DNA of 62,924 nt, counting the filler, from Kipferlia bialata (taxonomy: Eukaryota): NCBI GenBank assembly GCA_003568945.1. It is 5 parts of 5 records of this genome, joined end to end, with 100 filler letters (N's around TTAATTAATTAA, not from the genome) between each part and the next. Parts side by side here need not be neighbours in the genome. Positions count along the whole stretch, not along the records: positions 1 to 18,713 come from BDIP01000465.1; positions 18,814 to 28,818 come from BDIP01000466.1; 3 more parts are not named here. One strand, written 5' to 3'. A program made the translations under genes and the position numbers. Below, piece by piece: positions 12,634 through 26,094 of the stretch. Numbering within the stretch: the first letter of the stretch is position 1; every line of letters begins with the position of its first letter. A model generated the notes under the pieces. It did not search any database, was not told the origin of the DNA, and saw only the letters and a program-made list of their open reading frames with translations.

Positions 12634-15600
12634 AGGTGCCTTCTCATATGGGAGAGGAGGAGTGGCTGAGGGGTTAGTTGGATATATACATAAATATATA
12701 CATAGAAAGAGAGAGAAAGAAAGGAAGAGACCTCTCTCAGAGGGGGAGGGGGAGCGGCTAAAGGTTAAGACAGAGGATATTATTAGGAGTGGAGACAGAG
12801 ACATGTAAACACAGAAGTGCAAGGAGAAATAGTATTGAACACTGGTAAGATGGAGAACAGGAGAACGTAACAAGAGTGTGTGGGTAAGAGAGGGACAATG
12901 CACCATGTCTAAGGAATATAATTGAATCTTAATTGAAGTATTATATATGTGTATATATACTACTTACCTAAGAGTGCTATATATATATATATACCAATTA
13001 CCTGTGTGGTTCAGACCACCGTCCCGAGCGTAAGTACGCTTGATAGAGCCTGAGGTTAGATACCTGAGGAGTTGTTACTATAAATACATAGTAAAAGAGA
13101 ACTCATAAGTATAATAGAAATGAACTAACAATTCAGTGTATATATGCATAAACATATAGTATATACCAGTACCTGTTGGGATGTCATGACGGAGTGGCAT
13201 CGAGAGATCGGCAGCATCAGTCCATCCCTGGTATGAGACAGAAACAGAATGACACAGAATGAAACAGAATGACACAGAATGAAACACAGAAAGAGAATGA
13301 AACAGTAGATACATGCACAATATATATATATATATATATAAATACATACAAATATGTATATTACATGGATGAGACAGTAAATAGAAGTACATAACCAACG
13401 GTAACAACGTCTGACTGCACTGGCTCACTGCAACAAATGCAGTGGGGTTAATTCAAATATATATAAAATGAATTTACGTGTTGCCAAGAAGAATAGATAT
13501 GTAACATACGTTAGCTGCTCGCTACACACCTGGTTTGTGTTGTTGTATGCCCCCGGGGCAGCTGTGGCAGCGCCGTATCTACAGTGAGTGACATTTGAAT
13601 GAAATCATTTTAGATAGGATAATGAGAGGAATACTGGTATGAGAGAGTATTGAATATTGATGAGTGAGAACTTACAGTGAGAGGAAAATAGCAAAACAAA
13701 TACATAATAGAAAGGCCAATGATAGGAATACTTTTGTAAATGAGATACCTGAACCCGTTGCGAGGGGGTGTCCTTCCCTTGGGCCAATATCAAATAGTTA
13801 TAATACCAAATTAAAAATTGATAGAACAGACAGGGGAATACTTGGGTATATGAGTGACTATGTCATAAGTGCATTACCTGAACCCGTTGCGAGGTGGTGT
13901 CTTTCCCTTGGTTCTCTTGGTGCTTGGCTTGGGGGTGACAGAGCCAGATCTGAGGGTGAGGAGACAGGCGTAAGAGACAGTCAGTGGAATCCAAAAGAGG
14001 GTAGGTCAGTATGGCCTGTGGAGACTCATATATGACATGGATTACAGGAGAGTATAGCTGAAACCTCTTTCTGGCCCTTGGGACATCTGTCTTCCAGAAA
14101 ATCATTAACTCCACCGCTATTATACATAATAATCAGAGGTATAACACTATATATATACAGTATATATACCAACCTGTTTCTGGCCCTTGGGACATCGGTC
14201 TGACTATATATATATGTATATATATGTGTATATATAGTACATATACATACCTCTTTCTGGCCCTTGGGACATCGGTCTGACAGCTACGGACAGGGGAGCG
14301 CCTAGAGTCAGTGACAGCTTATACACTGATTGACAGAGAACCATATACAATATAATATATTGATACTGTATATTACCACTATATAAAATGGATACCAAAC
14401 ACTCTGTAGAAAGAAAGAGTACATGTTATAATCAAATACACATAATATATATGCATGTTATATTCAGTACCTGAGGCTGTACCGGATGACATCCGCAAAG
14501 TCAGTGTGCTTTGCGTCTCTCAAATACCTAGTATAAGGGGTGTAGAGAGAAATCGGTCTCGTAGAATATATATAAGTAACACATATATAGGTAGTGTAAG
14601 ACAAGTATATATACCTTCTGAACTTGACGGCGAGCTCACCGACATTTCAATCTCACACACACACACACACAGAGAAGAGTATTGAATAGTAATATATACA
14701 TAAGTAATGAAATCCAGTAAGTATACCTTCTGAACTTGACGGCGAGCTCACCCACATCTCCCTCGATGTCTCCCCTCTGCACCTGGTCCATTTGGTCGAG
14801 GAGGGTGACCATCTGGGTATCAGAACATACTCATTGTGAAGATTGAAGGCGTAGAAAGTAGATTTGTGATCGATACCATATGGTCAGGGTGACCATCTGG
14901 GGATTAGATCATAGAGGCTCATCACATTGATTGGATGTATGGATATGGCAACACTTGATACTATATGCTCATCGTGTAGATATAGTAACCGTGTAGCTAT
15001 CTTACCATTGTGATCCTGGTCATGCACTGGTCAATCTTCTCTGTGGTGCGTCCGCCAAGAGTGCGTGTCTCATGCAGCTGCTGCTTCAGCTGGGGTTAGA
15101 TATATATACATATATATTGATATATACAATACATCTATGTATATATATATATTGAGAGAGAGAGTGCGTGTCTCATGCAGCTGTGCCTTAAGCTAGTATT
15201 AGAAGCATATTAATATGAATATATATACATTGTATATCTATATGTATATATATATTGAGAGAGTGCGTGTCTCATGCAGCTGTGCCTTAAGCTGGGAGTA
15301 GAAGGATACATATACATATTGCTTGATTTATATATATATATATAGAGAGAGAGCGCGTGTCTCATTCAGTTGTTGATTCAGCTAGGATTAGAGAGGGATA
15401 GAGAGAGAGAGAAAGAGAGGAAGAGAGAGAGAGAGAAAGTCTCATGAAGTTGCTGCTAAAGCGGGGATTAGAGTCAGTATATAGGAAAAGAGATATAATT
15501 TAAATTTTAGAAGAATTTTAGAGTGAATACATACAATAGAACACCTGGTTATACACCATGCTGTCCTCCTCGGCCATATATATAGTATATACTTATGAAT

Positions 15601-15920
15601 AATTCACACAGTACAAAATGCAATATATATGGTATTGGCGTACTGTATATATTTTGTATAAGACATACTACATATATACACACCTGGTTGTACACCATGC
15701 TGTCCTCCTCGGCCTTCTTAAGTATAGTTTATACATATGAATATTACTCATAATATATACAAATACTATATATGGTATAGTTGTACTATATAATCTATAT
15801 TATGTTTCACATACTATATATATATAGTACCTGGTTGTACACCATGCTGTCCTCCTCGGCCTTCTTCAGCCTGCCAGCACTGTTGAACAGATCCATGGCA
15901 GAGTTCTGAAATAAGGGTGC

Positions 15921-15969
<49 letters not shown>

Positions 15970-18298
15970 ATAGACTTGAACATGTCCATGGCAGAGTTCT
16001 AGAATGAGGGAGAGAGAGAGAGAGGGAGAGAGAGAACACTGTTGAACAGGTCCATGGCAGAGTTCTGGAATAAAGTGATAAAAGGGTGTAGAGAGAGAGA
16101 GAGAGAGAGAGAACACTGTTGAACAGGTCCATGGCAGAGTTCTGGAATAAGGGTGCAGAGAGAGAGAGAGAGAGAGAGAGAGAATACATATATACACTCA
16201 CCTCTAGGTCCGTTCTAACGACGGATCCCCTGGATGCAAACAAGTCCAGCATGTCCATACCGTTGGACCGTTGGACCGTTGGACCGTTGGAGGGGTAAGG
16301 ACCAAGACCAGGCATCTGTGCCGGGGTGTCCCTCTCTCTCTCTCCCTCTCCCTCCCCATCCCTCTCCCTCTCACTGTCCACCTTGGGTACGACCTCTCGT
16401 GTCACGGCACGGCGGACAAAGGAGACAACATGATCTCTAAAGGTTAGAAGAAAGAACAATGGACTGACATTAAAAATGTGTCAATGCACTTGCGCTCTCC
16501 AGTCAATATATATATAAATACTCATACACATCAATATATACATATGCACGTACTCCTTTCTGGTGTTCCGTCCCTTGGGTGTCTGCTTGCTCTGGTGCAG
16601 GGCTATCCTGAGATGAGATAAACATTAGTAGAGAATTAGTAGAGTATATATATACTATATATACATATAACGTTATATGATACATGATACTGGTACTGCT
16701 TGCTCTGGTGCAGGGCTATCCTGGGGGATGAGACAAAGAATATACTTAAAGAGAAAACGTATAGCGTGGGGGGAACATAAATAGATATTGATCTAACTAT
16801 GCAAGGCTGTCCTGAGGTATGTCCATATCTATATCCAATAAGATATATGTACAAGTATATCTATCTCTACACACAATGACACTATTATGTACATATCTCA
16901 CCTAGCCGGGAGTGCCACGATCAACTGCGAACAACCAAAAATCATAGAAATACATATACTATGTATACCATGTATATATACATACATAACCCACCTGGCC
17001 CAGAGTGCCACTATGAGGTCCTCGTGGTGCATCTCACTCTGAGGGTAAGAGAGAGAGAGAGAGAGAGAGAGACGAAGATGGAGATGGAGAGACACACGCA
17101 TATGATAAATAGGAGGTATCTCACTCTGTGGGTAAGAGATATAGAGAGAGGGAGGGACAAGGAGAAAGAGAAGGAAAATGTTAGTCTTACTCTCGAGTGC
17201 AAGAGTGGGAGAAAGAGAGAGAGACAGACGCACATGAGAAAGAGAAAAGGTATCTCACTCTCAGTGTAAGAGTCTGTACGTATATGTACATATATATACT
17301 AGTTACGTACATACATCAGCTCCTCTGTCCTGGATCTGGTCAGGTCCTGAGTATACACATATATGTATATATCTTTATATATGGAGATATGTACTTAAAT
17401 GTATATACATATAACGTACATACATCAGCTCCTCTGTCCTAGACCTGGTCAGGTCCCGAGTCACGGCCTTTCTGGAGGGTAAGAATTGTGTATATAACAA
17501 ATGAATATGAATACCGAATACAAAGGCCTTTCTGGAGTGTAAGAACATAAACCAACACATACATACATACAGCTATTACAAATATTTCATATTTAAAGAA
17601 TGTGAACGTATACATTGCTATATGAAGTAATGAGTCTGGTAATGAGCTAACCCACCTCCTCTTTCCCTGCACAAACTGTCTCCTCATAGCCTCTGCAACA
17701 CCTGCAACATACATATACACTTGCTCCCTATATATATATATATATATACCTTCTTCTTCCCTCCACAAACTGTCTCCTCATAGCCTCTGCAGCCCTCATG
17801 TGGGGGGGGAGCCTGCCCATCACACCCTGGGGTAAGGGGTGTAGGGAGAGGAAGAGAAAGAGAGAGAGGGGTGGTGGGAGAGTATATGGGGGGGGGGGGG
17901 CATGTATAAATTATCATCATATACAACATACCTCAATGAGCCCCTCAATGTGTGTCTTGACAGTGCGGCATTCTAAGATACATGTAAAATTCTACATAAT
18001 ATATATATATATATATATGTGTGTGTAATATGTATACATTGCATATATATACCTCAATGAGCCCCTCAATGTGTGTCTTGACAGTGGTGTAGGCGGAATT
18101 CATATATACATGTATTATTATCCCACATGTATATTACTATATATGTTTATATTATATTATTGTATATATATATACATATCACTATTTATATTTTATTACA
18201 CACCTCAATGAGCCCCTCAATGTGGGTCTTGACAGTGGTGTAGGCGGCATTCTTCCCTGGAATGAGGATTTAGAGTAATGCGCACACACACACACACG

Positions 18299-18331
<33 letters not shown>

Positions 18332-18587
18332 CACTATATGTATGTATATATATATTCATGCACCCTACCTGGCAGCACTAGGTTGTTGTGTGTGTCCTGG
18401 ATCAACTTGGTGGATGGGACAGGGGTGTGGGGGTAGCCAAAGATGGCCTTGGGTGAGGTATTATATACATTCATATCTACCTATACATACATATATAGAG
18501 AGAGTAAGGGGGGGGGTGGGTGAGAGAGAGAAATCATGGAAGATGGCACAGGGGTGTGGGGGTAGCCAAAGATGGCCTAAGAGTAAG

Positions 18588-18620
<33 letters not shown>

Positions 18621-18700
18621 GGGGGGAGAGAGAGATGGGACAGGGGTGTGGGGGTAGCCAAAGATGGCCTGAGAATTAGTATATTGAGAAAGAGAGAGAG
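9512..18700 (-). CDS. Multi-exon hypothetical protein (5'-truncated) with a helical N-half and a proline-rich C-terminal region
   Basis: Exons read ...KNAAYTTVKTHIEGLIE / SEMHHEDLIVALWAR / NSAMDLFNSAGRLKKAEEDSMVYNQ / LKQQLHETRTLGGRTTEKIDQCMTRIT / YLRDAKHTDFADVIRYSLR / TDVPRARKRSGSVTPKPSTK. A Pro-rich exon lies at 10180-10850 and the last exon ends LSTTLSVF-TGA at 9512-9514. Could be two genes. Confidence 0.65.
15060..16150 (-). repeat. Cluster of exon echo arrays (LKQQLHETRTL x5, AEEDSMVYNQ x3, NSAMDLFNS x4)
   Basis: Repeated exon starts and ends with splice sites, interleaved with (AT)n/(CT)n. Confidence 0.9.
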
Positions 18701-18713
18701 AGAGAGAGAGAGA

Positions 18714-18813
18714 NNNNNNNNNNNNNNNNNNNNNNNNNNNNNNNNNNNNNNNNNNNNTTAATTAATTAANNNNNNNNNNNNNNNNNNNNNNNNNNNNNNN
18801 NNNNNNNNNNNNN
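18714..18813. other. Artificial contig-joining linker (N44-TTAATTAATTAA-N44)
   Basis: Identical 100-nt structure occurs four times. TTAATTAATTAA gives stops in all six frames, and the flanking genes are truncated here. Confidence 0.97.
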
Positions 18814-19216
18814 TGGTGTATTAATGGGGCGTTGCTTGTAGGCCCCTAAGGGCCTATTGGCGAGGCTTTTCATGTGTATCAGACCATTTCCTCTCCACAA
18901 TCAGGTTGCTCCTTGCCAGCGACAGTGCTATCCTAGCTCTGACCCTTGTCGCATTGTGCGTCAAAGCAACGTTTTCGTACGGTGGGTCCCTCGGCGAATA
19001 AATTGTGGCAGAGGCGCCACGGTAACGGGCAAGCACTTCATTATTCCATCACCGTGTAGAGAGGGCATGATGGAATACAGACCGTATTCCATGAGAACAC
19101 CGTATTACGGTGTTCTTGCTTGTCGCAAAGTGCGTCAAGCAACCCAATTGACGCAAAAGGGTTCACGCCATTAGTGAAGTAAATCTCGCTCCCTCTTCCA
19201 TACAGTCTATCCCCAC

Positions 19217-22200
19217 ATGGCTAAGGAGGGGGAGGGGGATAGCATCCCGCCTAAGAGGAAGTCTAGGAAGCCTGTTGAGCCCCCCAGAGGCACAGTTCAC
19301 TACGACACTTCAATGTTCGATGGGTACCTCTCAAGAGTACAGGACGGCACTGCTATCAGGCTTAAGACAGACGCAGAGGAGGCAGAGAGGGCATTTCACG
19401 TGCAGTACATGTACGTCATTGCATATTCTCCCTTTCCCTTCCATCCCCGTTGATATTACTTTGTACACACGTAGATATGCATCTGCCTTACACTCAGGAT
19501 CCACGCCGAGGCACACAGGAAGACAATGGCTGCCTTTCTCAACCTGCACCTTGGTGACCCTGCCGTCACCCAGCCGGTATACAGTGACTCTGAGGGTGAT
19601 AGTGATAGTGAGGCCCTCAGTGTCCCTCAGCCTGAGGTGCTAGACAGTGAGACTGAGAGTATGTATCGGTATGACACTCCAGGCCGTGACACTGACTCTG
19701 AGTGTACAGAGGGGGACTGCACCCAAGACAATGACAACAGGGAGCGTATGGGGTTTGTGCAGGTACAGTATGAGTGTATATATGTGAGTACTGTATGAAT
19801 TTGTGTAGGTTCTGCCTTTCCCTGCCTGTCTGTTATGTGTGGTATAGTCATTCATACGTCACCCTCACACCAGTTACCAGAGGGGACTGAGATCCCCGAT
19901 GTCTTCTTCCAGTATATGGACAAGGGGGCGCTATGCAGCATTGACAACTGCAGCCCCCCCTCCATCAAAGGTAAAGGGTACCCCAGCATCATACATATAT
20001 GTATACATCTATATATACATTCATTGCGTGTCATCAGTCTCCAGCCGTCACAGGTATAGATACCCCTGCATTACCCCCCCCCACTCCCCCACCCCCATAC
20101 AACCATGACCAATTGCCAAAAGAATAATACAATAATATATGCAATCACTTCTTTCGAAACCCGCTGGCCATACATGCATTCACTCACTCACACAGTTCTA
20201 TGTTGTATTTCCACGAGGCCTACTAGTAGTAGGCTACTACTCTAGTATTTAGACAAAATGTATATAGGAATTGAGATTCGACAAGTATTTGAGTCTTATA
20301 CTCTAGGGTGCGACCTCTTCTTCAGGGCTGTCAACAAGGCCGTCCAGGAGGTGAAGGGGGACCTCATTGCCCCGCATGCCCACCTAGAGTACGTATACAA
20401 ATTGTATAATACAATGTATGCTACTTATATACATATATATATACTACATATATGTATTAGTCCGGTTATATATATAGAGGAGTATGAGTAGTATGTCGTT
20501 GGGTGACCTCATTGCCCCGCATGCCCACCTAGAGAGCGTATATATATGAGTGTATGTATATATGTGTAAGTATATATGTATATGCATATATGAGCGTTTG
20601 GGTATCACTTGGATACTATTTCCAGCGGCTGGGAGCCCCAGTTCCCCCCCCCTTTCTTCGCACACATACTGTATTCTTTTCTATAACTGCACATATATAT
20701 GAGTAATACACATATTCATGTTATTATATATATGGCGTGAGCGGAGATTGCAGAACTGCAGACGAGTAGCTAAAGGCAACATACGACATTATATATAACG
20801 TATCGTTAGCAAACATCATGCATATATCCTTCACACCAGGTGGTGATTGCACTACTTATAGTGATACTATATATATATACATCATGTATATTACATGTGT
20901 AATTGAATTCTATTTCACCATGTATCCGTCACACCAGGTGGAGTATGGGTGGTGACTGTGCCATGTGGAAGGGACCTCACGCCCTCGGGGTGCACACTCA
21001 GACAGAAGCAACGTGGGTCACTAAGGCCTCCCTGCTCCAGTGCGCCCTCCTGTTCGACAGGTAATTTCTGTATGTATATAGTATATAAGAGTCTTATAAT
21101 AAGACTGACAAGTACCACCACGTCACGTGTTTGTTTTTGATATTACCCATACTCGGCACAGCTCTAAGCGACAGCAAACATATATGTGTAAGAAATGTGT
21201 GCATAGGAGTATATAGAAGTGTATTTACATATGATAATAGATATGCACATCTGTCTTTAGTGATTACCCATATCAGGCACAGCTCCGGGCAATGGACCGA
21301 TTGCAACCGCTGGGTATACAAACAGGCAACCACCGCCCTTCAGAAGGACTGTATAGCGTTTCTAGCACCTAGGAAGGCCATGAAGCGCCGCCTGACCCCC
21401 CAGCTCGGATATGGTAAGTTGGCGGATCAATACTCTTACACACATAAGTACATTATTACCTGTATACACTTGCATATACACCTACATATGACGTTGACCC
21501 TTACCCCTCAGTGTGCAACGTGCCCTGGCCTGAGGTACTCAAGCGGGAGCAGACGCCACTGCCTTGGACATCGCCGCACAAGGGTATGCCGGCACAGTCA
21601 CTATCAGAGGCTGGTGCTGGTACTCCCGTGCAACAAGTGCATCCACCTGCCACTGCCCCTGGGAAGAGGCGTCGTTCCAGAAGTGACAGGGGTGCCGAGG
21701 GTTTGGCTGGTGTATCCCCTAGTCCAAAGGTAGTGTATAAGAATGTGTATATGTATATAGTTCCCCCACCCCTCACCTCTTTACCTCTAATACTAGAGGC
21801 TGCCAGTAGTGAGGGCACCACACAAGCGAGGGGAGAGTTCTCAGGTACATTATGCATGTAAATAATCATTAACATCCATGTATACTTTCATAAATATATA
21901 TATATGCATATGCGGGCTGGTTTATGCACCATATTATAGTGAACCAGTTACTATGTCGCTGCGTGTCTAGTCTGCATACGTGTAATTTGTTCCCCTTTCC
22001 CCTCTAATCTCAGAAGGCTCAGACTGTGACGACAGAGAGAGAGAGAGAGGAGCCGTCCAGAAAGCATTCTCACAGGAGAGAGATATCCAGGAAGGAATCC
22101 AAGTCGAAGAGAAGCAAGCGCAGAGATCGGTCGGATGATGGTGACTCCGAGACTGACTGTGTGGAGCCCATGTTCCGGCGTGTTAGAGAGAGAGAGAGAC

Positions 22201-22382
22201 TGCATGCCAGGACGGTGCAGGTACCCAAGCGTAAGAGTGTCCCGCTAACATCGCAAGGTGGTGGAAGGGTACTTAGAACCAAGGCCAGCAGAAAGAGGAG
22301 GCGGAACAGGCGGCCCCTCCCGGACCTCACTGGGGATGAGACAACCTTCCCCACGTACCCGGAGGATAGTGAAGAAGTGTAG
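19217..22382 (+). CDS. Multi-exon hypothetical protein with a basic, NLS-like C-terminus
   Basis: ATG at 19217 (MAKEGEGDSIPPKRKSRKP...). GT-AG exons continue to a Lys/Arg-rich last exon ending EDSEEV-TAG at 22382. Confidence 0.65.
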
Positions 22383-23094
22383 GAGTAGAGTTGGTGTAAC
22401 CAGTGGGGAGATGGATTGGTATCATACTGATAGTATCAGTGACACTTGAATATATTGAAGAAGTCTAGGAGTAAAGAAAAGGGTCACCAGTGGGAACTCA
22501 AGGTCAAGATGTCAGGTGAACTGATAGTGAGTCTAACCTTATTTGATCTAATTGTACTTGAACGGCCAGTAGAAGGGGCGTCACTGATTCAGTGACTCAT
22601 TGAATATTCGAAGGCAGTTTGGTCCACTCAATGGTTGATATCATACTGATAGTATCAGTGATTCTTGAACAGATACAGATACTGCATCAGGTCCCTTTTT
22701 CTATACTCTCTCCCTGTTAGCAGCACAAAGCACCCGGGTTACCCGGGCCGGGTATACTGTATATACCAATGTACTGTTTACAGTGTGAGTGGCCTCATTG
22801 TAGACTACAATTTGTAGTCAAGTCAGAGTTGTTGACCCTATTAATGGTATCAAAGTGATATCCTCTTCCAAACCACGCGTGGATCGCATTCTCTAGAGTC
22901 AGAGTATTTGACACCATCCGCTTCAGTAACACACCGATATAACGAGAGAGAATATAATAATCCATTTGCCAAGACCGCTCGCTGACACTCGTGCTAACGT
23001 AGAGTTCTAACAGTCTCTGAACCACAAACGGGAGACCATAGGGAGTCAATAGTTGTCTGAAGTGACTTCAAAAGCAAAGCCAGACCCTTGCAAT

Positions 23095-25337
23095 ATGGCA
23101 CCTTTCTGTTCCATCTGCCAAGAGGGTGTGCGCACTGTCATAATCATGTATTTCTCATTGGACTCTAGTGATACATTTCACATCTGTCTTGTGAATGATT
23201 GCTATGTTTGCGGTGCAAACTTTGCACCCACCACCAGGCACCGGGAGAGAGTTGTGTGTGACACCTTGTGGCCACGTCTTCCACAGGTAGGTCATCCATG
23301 TGTTACACATCGATACACATGGACCATGTGTATATACACATATAGAAGTGTATGTGATCATATATATATGTGTGTATGTATCTTTGGCGTACTATCTCTC
23401 CCCACTGAACCCCCAAGAGCGTGTCTCGAGACTTGGCTACACACACCTGTCCCTGAGTCTTGGAGACTGCATTCAGAGTGTCCTCTGTGCAACAGATCCG
23501 TTACTCTACAGCAATGCCACCCACTCTTCTTACAGGTATACTCACATCGAAACCAATTCATTGTACATGAGAATGTGTAATGCGTTGTCAAAACCATACG
23601 ACTATGTTACGTATTCTAGACCCCAGGACTCGCACGGTTCCTCAGAGCCTGCCAGCCCTGTACCTGAAAGTTTCTATACGGGGCCAATTCTTGATGACTC
23701 TCCAACAACCACAAGTATGCTTACACATATGATATACCTATCCATGCAGATATGGTCGCGTGCGTTGGCAACTCCGTGACATAGTTCTCCTGTGGCGTTA
23801 GAATCCAATGTTTGGAAGCCGCTAATAATATCCCATTCATAGTGACACCATCTACTAGTGGGTCCTGTTCTTCATACACTGTCTGGTCCATCAGGTTTCT
23901 CTCACCTTAGCCCCAACAGCTAACACCCTGGTTGGCCGCCCTAATCCTCCCATTCCCAACCCCTACGCCATATACGGACTCCGTGGGGTGACCAACTACC
24001 CTGCCCATGATCAGCCCTATAGTGGGGACATTGAATTTCTAGCACGGTGCATGTCCACGGTAGAGACAAGTGCGACCCCCTTCTATATCAAGCAGGCACT
24101 CACTGCGATATGGCACAAGATTCGGAGCTTTGGTATGTTGTGAATGGTGTAGTTACACGGTGGTATAACCCATCTCTTACGCTGCATCAACTTGGGCATA
24201 ACACAATACACATTAGCAGTGGTGACGCCATCCTTGTTTCTCTCTCTTCCTCCCTCTTCTCTCGGGCACTCATTGGACATCTATCCTGCTACCCATCACA
24301 GACGTCCTCAAGGTGCACCTGCTTGGATCGGGTGGACACATCCACATCCTCAAGAGCATGGTGTATAGCATGGATCTATCACTGGTATGTTTAGTTAGCC
24401 TACTCGCTCGTACTGGAACATACAGTGAACAAACCCCCAGGGTCCGCACTCCACAGATTTTGATAGTGAAGTGTACACATGTGGGTGCATATTGCTGTGG
24501 TGTCTGGCAACATGGGGAGACATGTATCCTATACTGCCAGGTACCCCTATAGGAACACAAGTAGCATTATAACTCTGGGAGCAGAGTCCAAGTAGCTCAT
24601 AAACAGTGTACAATGAAATACTGTTGTTCAGTTCTCCACTGACAACAGAGGATACTAGTGCGTTGCAGCGTCAATTCCAAGATGAATTACACTCATTTCC
24701 GGGTAACAAGACAGCTGTAAAGCGCTAAGACCATTATTTTAAGCTAAATATGTAGAGAGCTACTCACTTCATATATATTCTCAGATAGTACGAGTGTTCC
24801 AAATCTTCCCTTCAGAGAACAGGCACCACGCAGGGCGCTGTGTGTATCTGGTGAACGCTGGAGCTCTTCCAGTGGTACTTGCGGGTACGTAAATCTCCTT
24901 AGTACGAGCGTTTACATAATATATGCTCTGTGTATATGTAGTGTGCATGTAGTGATCAGAATCCCGGATATCTACATAAGAAAGCGACAACCTTAGCCGG
25001 GGTGTAACACTACTCAGCTGACCTAACTAATTACGAGGCTTCCCCTTGTGCCTGGGTGACACCACTGCTATGACATTTCTGAGAGAACTAGCCTATGTAG
25101 GTAGGAAGGAGGGACTGTATCTATGTGTCGTAACCATGTTCTGTAATATAGTTATGTATCTCATATCTAGTGCCTCTGCGACCTATATTGCGGGCACAAG
25201 CTGTTCCAGTGCTGGAGGAGGTCATGGTAAACCCATCACACCAGCCAGTGGGCGGTGTAAAAGGATTGTGGACCAGACTCTTCAAGGAAATTATGGATCT
25301 GCTCTCGGATGACAGGGACAGACGTCGCTACACCTGA
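23095..25337 (+). CDS. RING-H2 finger protein with ARM-like helical C-terminal region (putative E3 ubiquitin ligase)
   Basis: Spliced reading MAPFCSICQE/GTGRELCVTPCGHVFHR/ACLETWLHTPVPESWRLHSECPLCNRS gives the C3H2C3 pattern with the conserved Trp. Later exons EVYTCGCILLWCLA and LVNAGALPVVL resemble armadillo helices. Stop TGA at 25335-25337. Confidence 0.8.
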
Positions 25338-25701
25338 TTACCAGAGGGGTTCGACGTGTGCGTTACAACACAAGAATCTCTCTTTGAGCGTTTAGAGCAG
25401 TATGCGGCAGACTTTAGGGTGGGGTGGTAAGCGCTTGCTGTCAGCATACAGTAAAGGATTGGCGTTGTTGTCACAACATTTATCAGACCAAGGTGTTATA
25501 AGTGGCCAGAGGTGTTTGGCATTCAAATTTAGAGTCAACAGGTGCCCAGCTTGGATACCCTCGCCAACTATATAGTTTCAGGATTTGTGAATACACTACT
25601 TGTTACTTGAGGCTGTAAATACTGAATGAAGTTCATTGTCGTTGGCCCAAGGTGTCATTGGGGGGGAATCTCTACTGATCCCTGATTAAGGTTGGGAAGG
25701 C

Positions 25702-25833
25702 TGCGACGTCGCGCGTCGCGCGACGTCGCAAATGCGACTTTTTTAAGTCGCAACTTTTTTCCACGCGACCTGTGCGACTTTTTTTTGCAACATTACTAAG
25801 GTATATCAGGGCCTGATATACCTTAGTAATGTT
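25702..25833. repeat. Intergenic cluster of three perfect inverted repeats (14-bp, 8-bp and 22-bp arms), CpG-rich
   Basis: tgcgacgtcgcgcg-t-cgcgcgacgtcgca; tgcgactt-tttt-aagtcgca; aacattactaaggtatatcagg-g-cctgatataccttagtaatgtt. Confidence 0.9.
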
Positions 25834-26094
25834 CTGCTGACAACTTGCCCGAAACAAGAAGAACCTCACAAGTTGAAAGTTCCATGAAACCATCACTGCG
25901 GTTATGTAGAGTATATCTTAGTTTTCAATTTCGGGCTAGGATCTCGATCCACCCTCGGATTCGCAGTGGCTATCATCATTTTACAATGCGGGTTAAACCT
26001 CTATATCCACCACCCCACCTATCAGCTCAAGTGGACCCTGACACTGAACCATACCTAGAGAGCCTGACTGTCATACAGCATATAGTGTATCTAT

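Noticed and set aside
18758..18769. Repeated TTAATTAATTAA motif
   Set aside because: It is always centred in N runs, so it is an artificial six-frame-stop linker. Gene adjacency across linkers has no biological meaning.
22795..23049. 84-aa minus-strand ORF as a transposase remnant
   Set aside because: No recognisable motif and a non-ATG start; cannot be supported.
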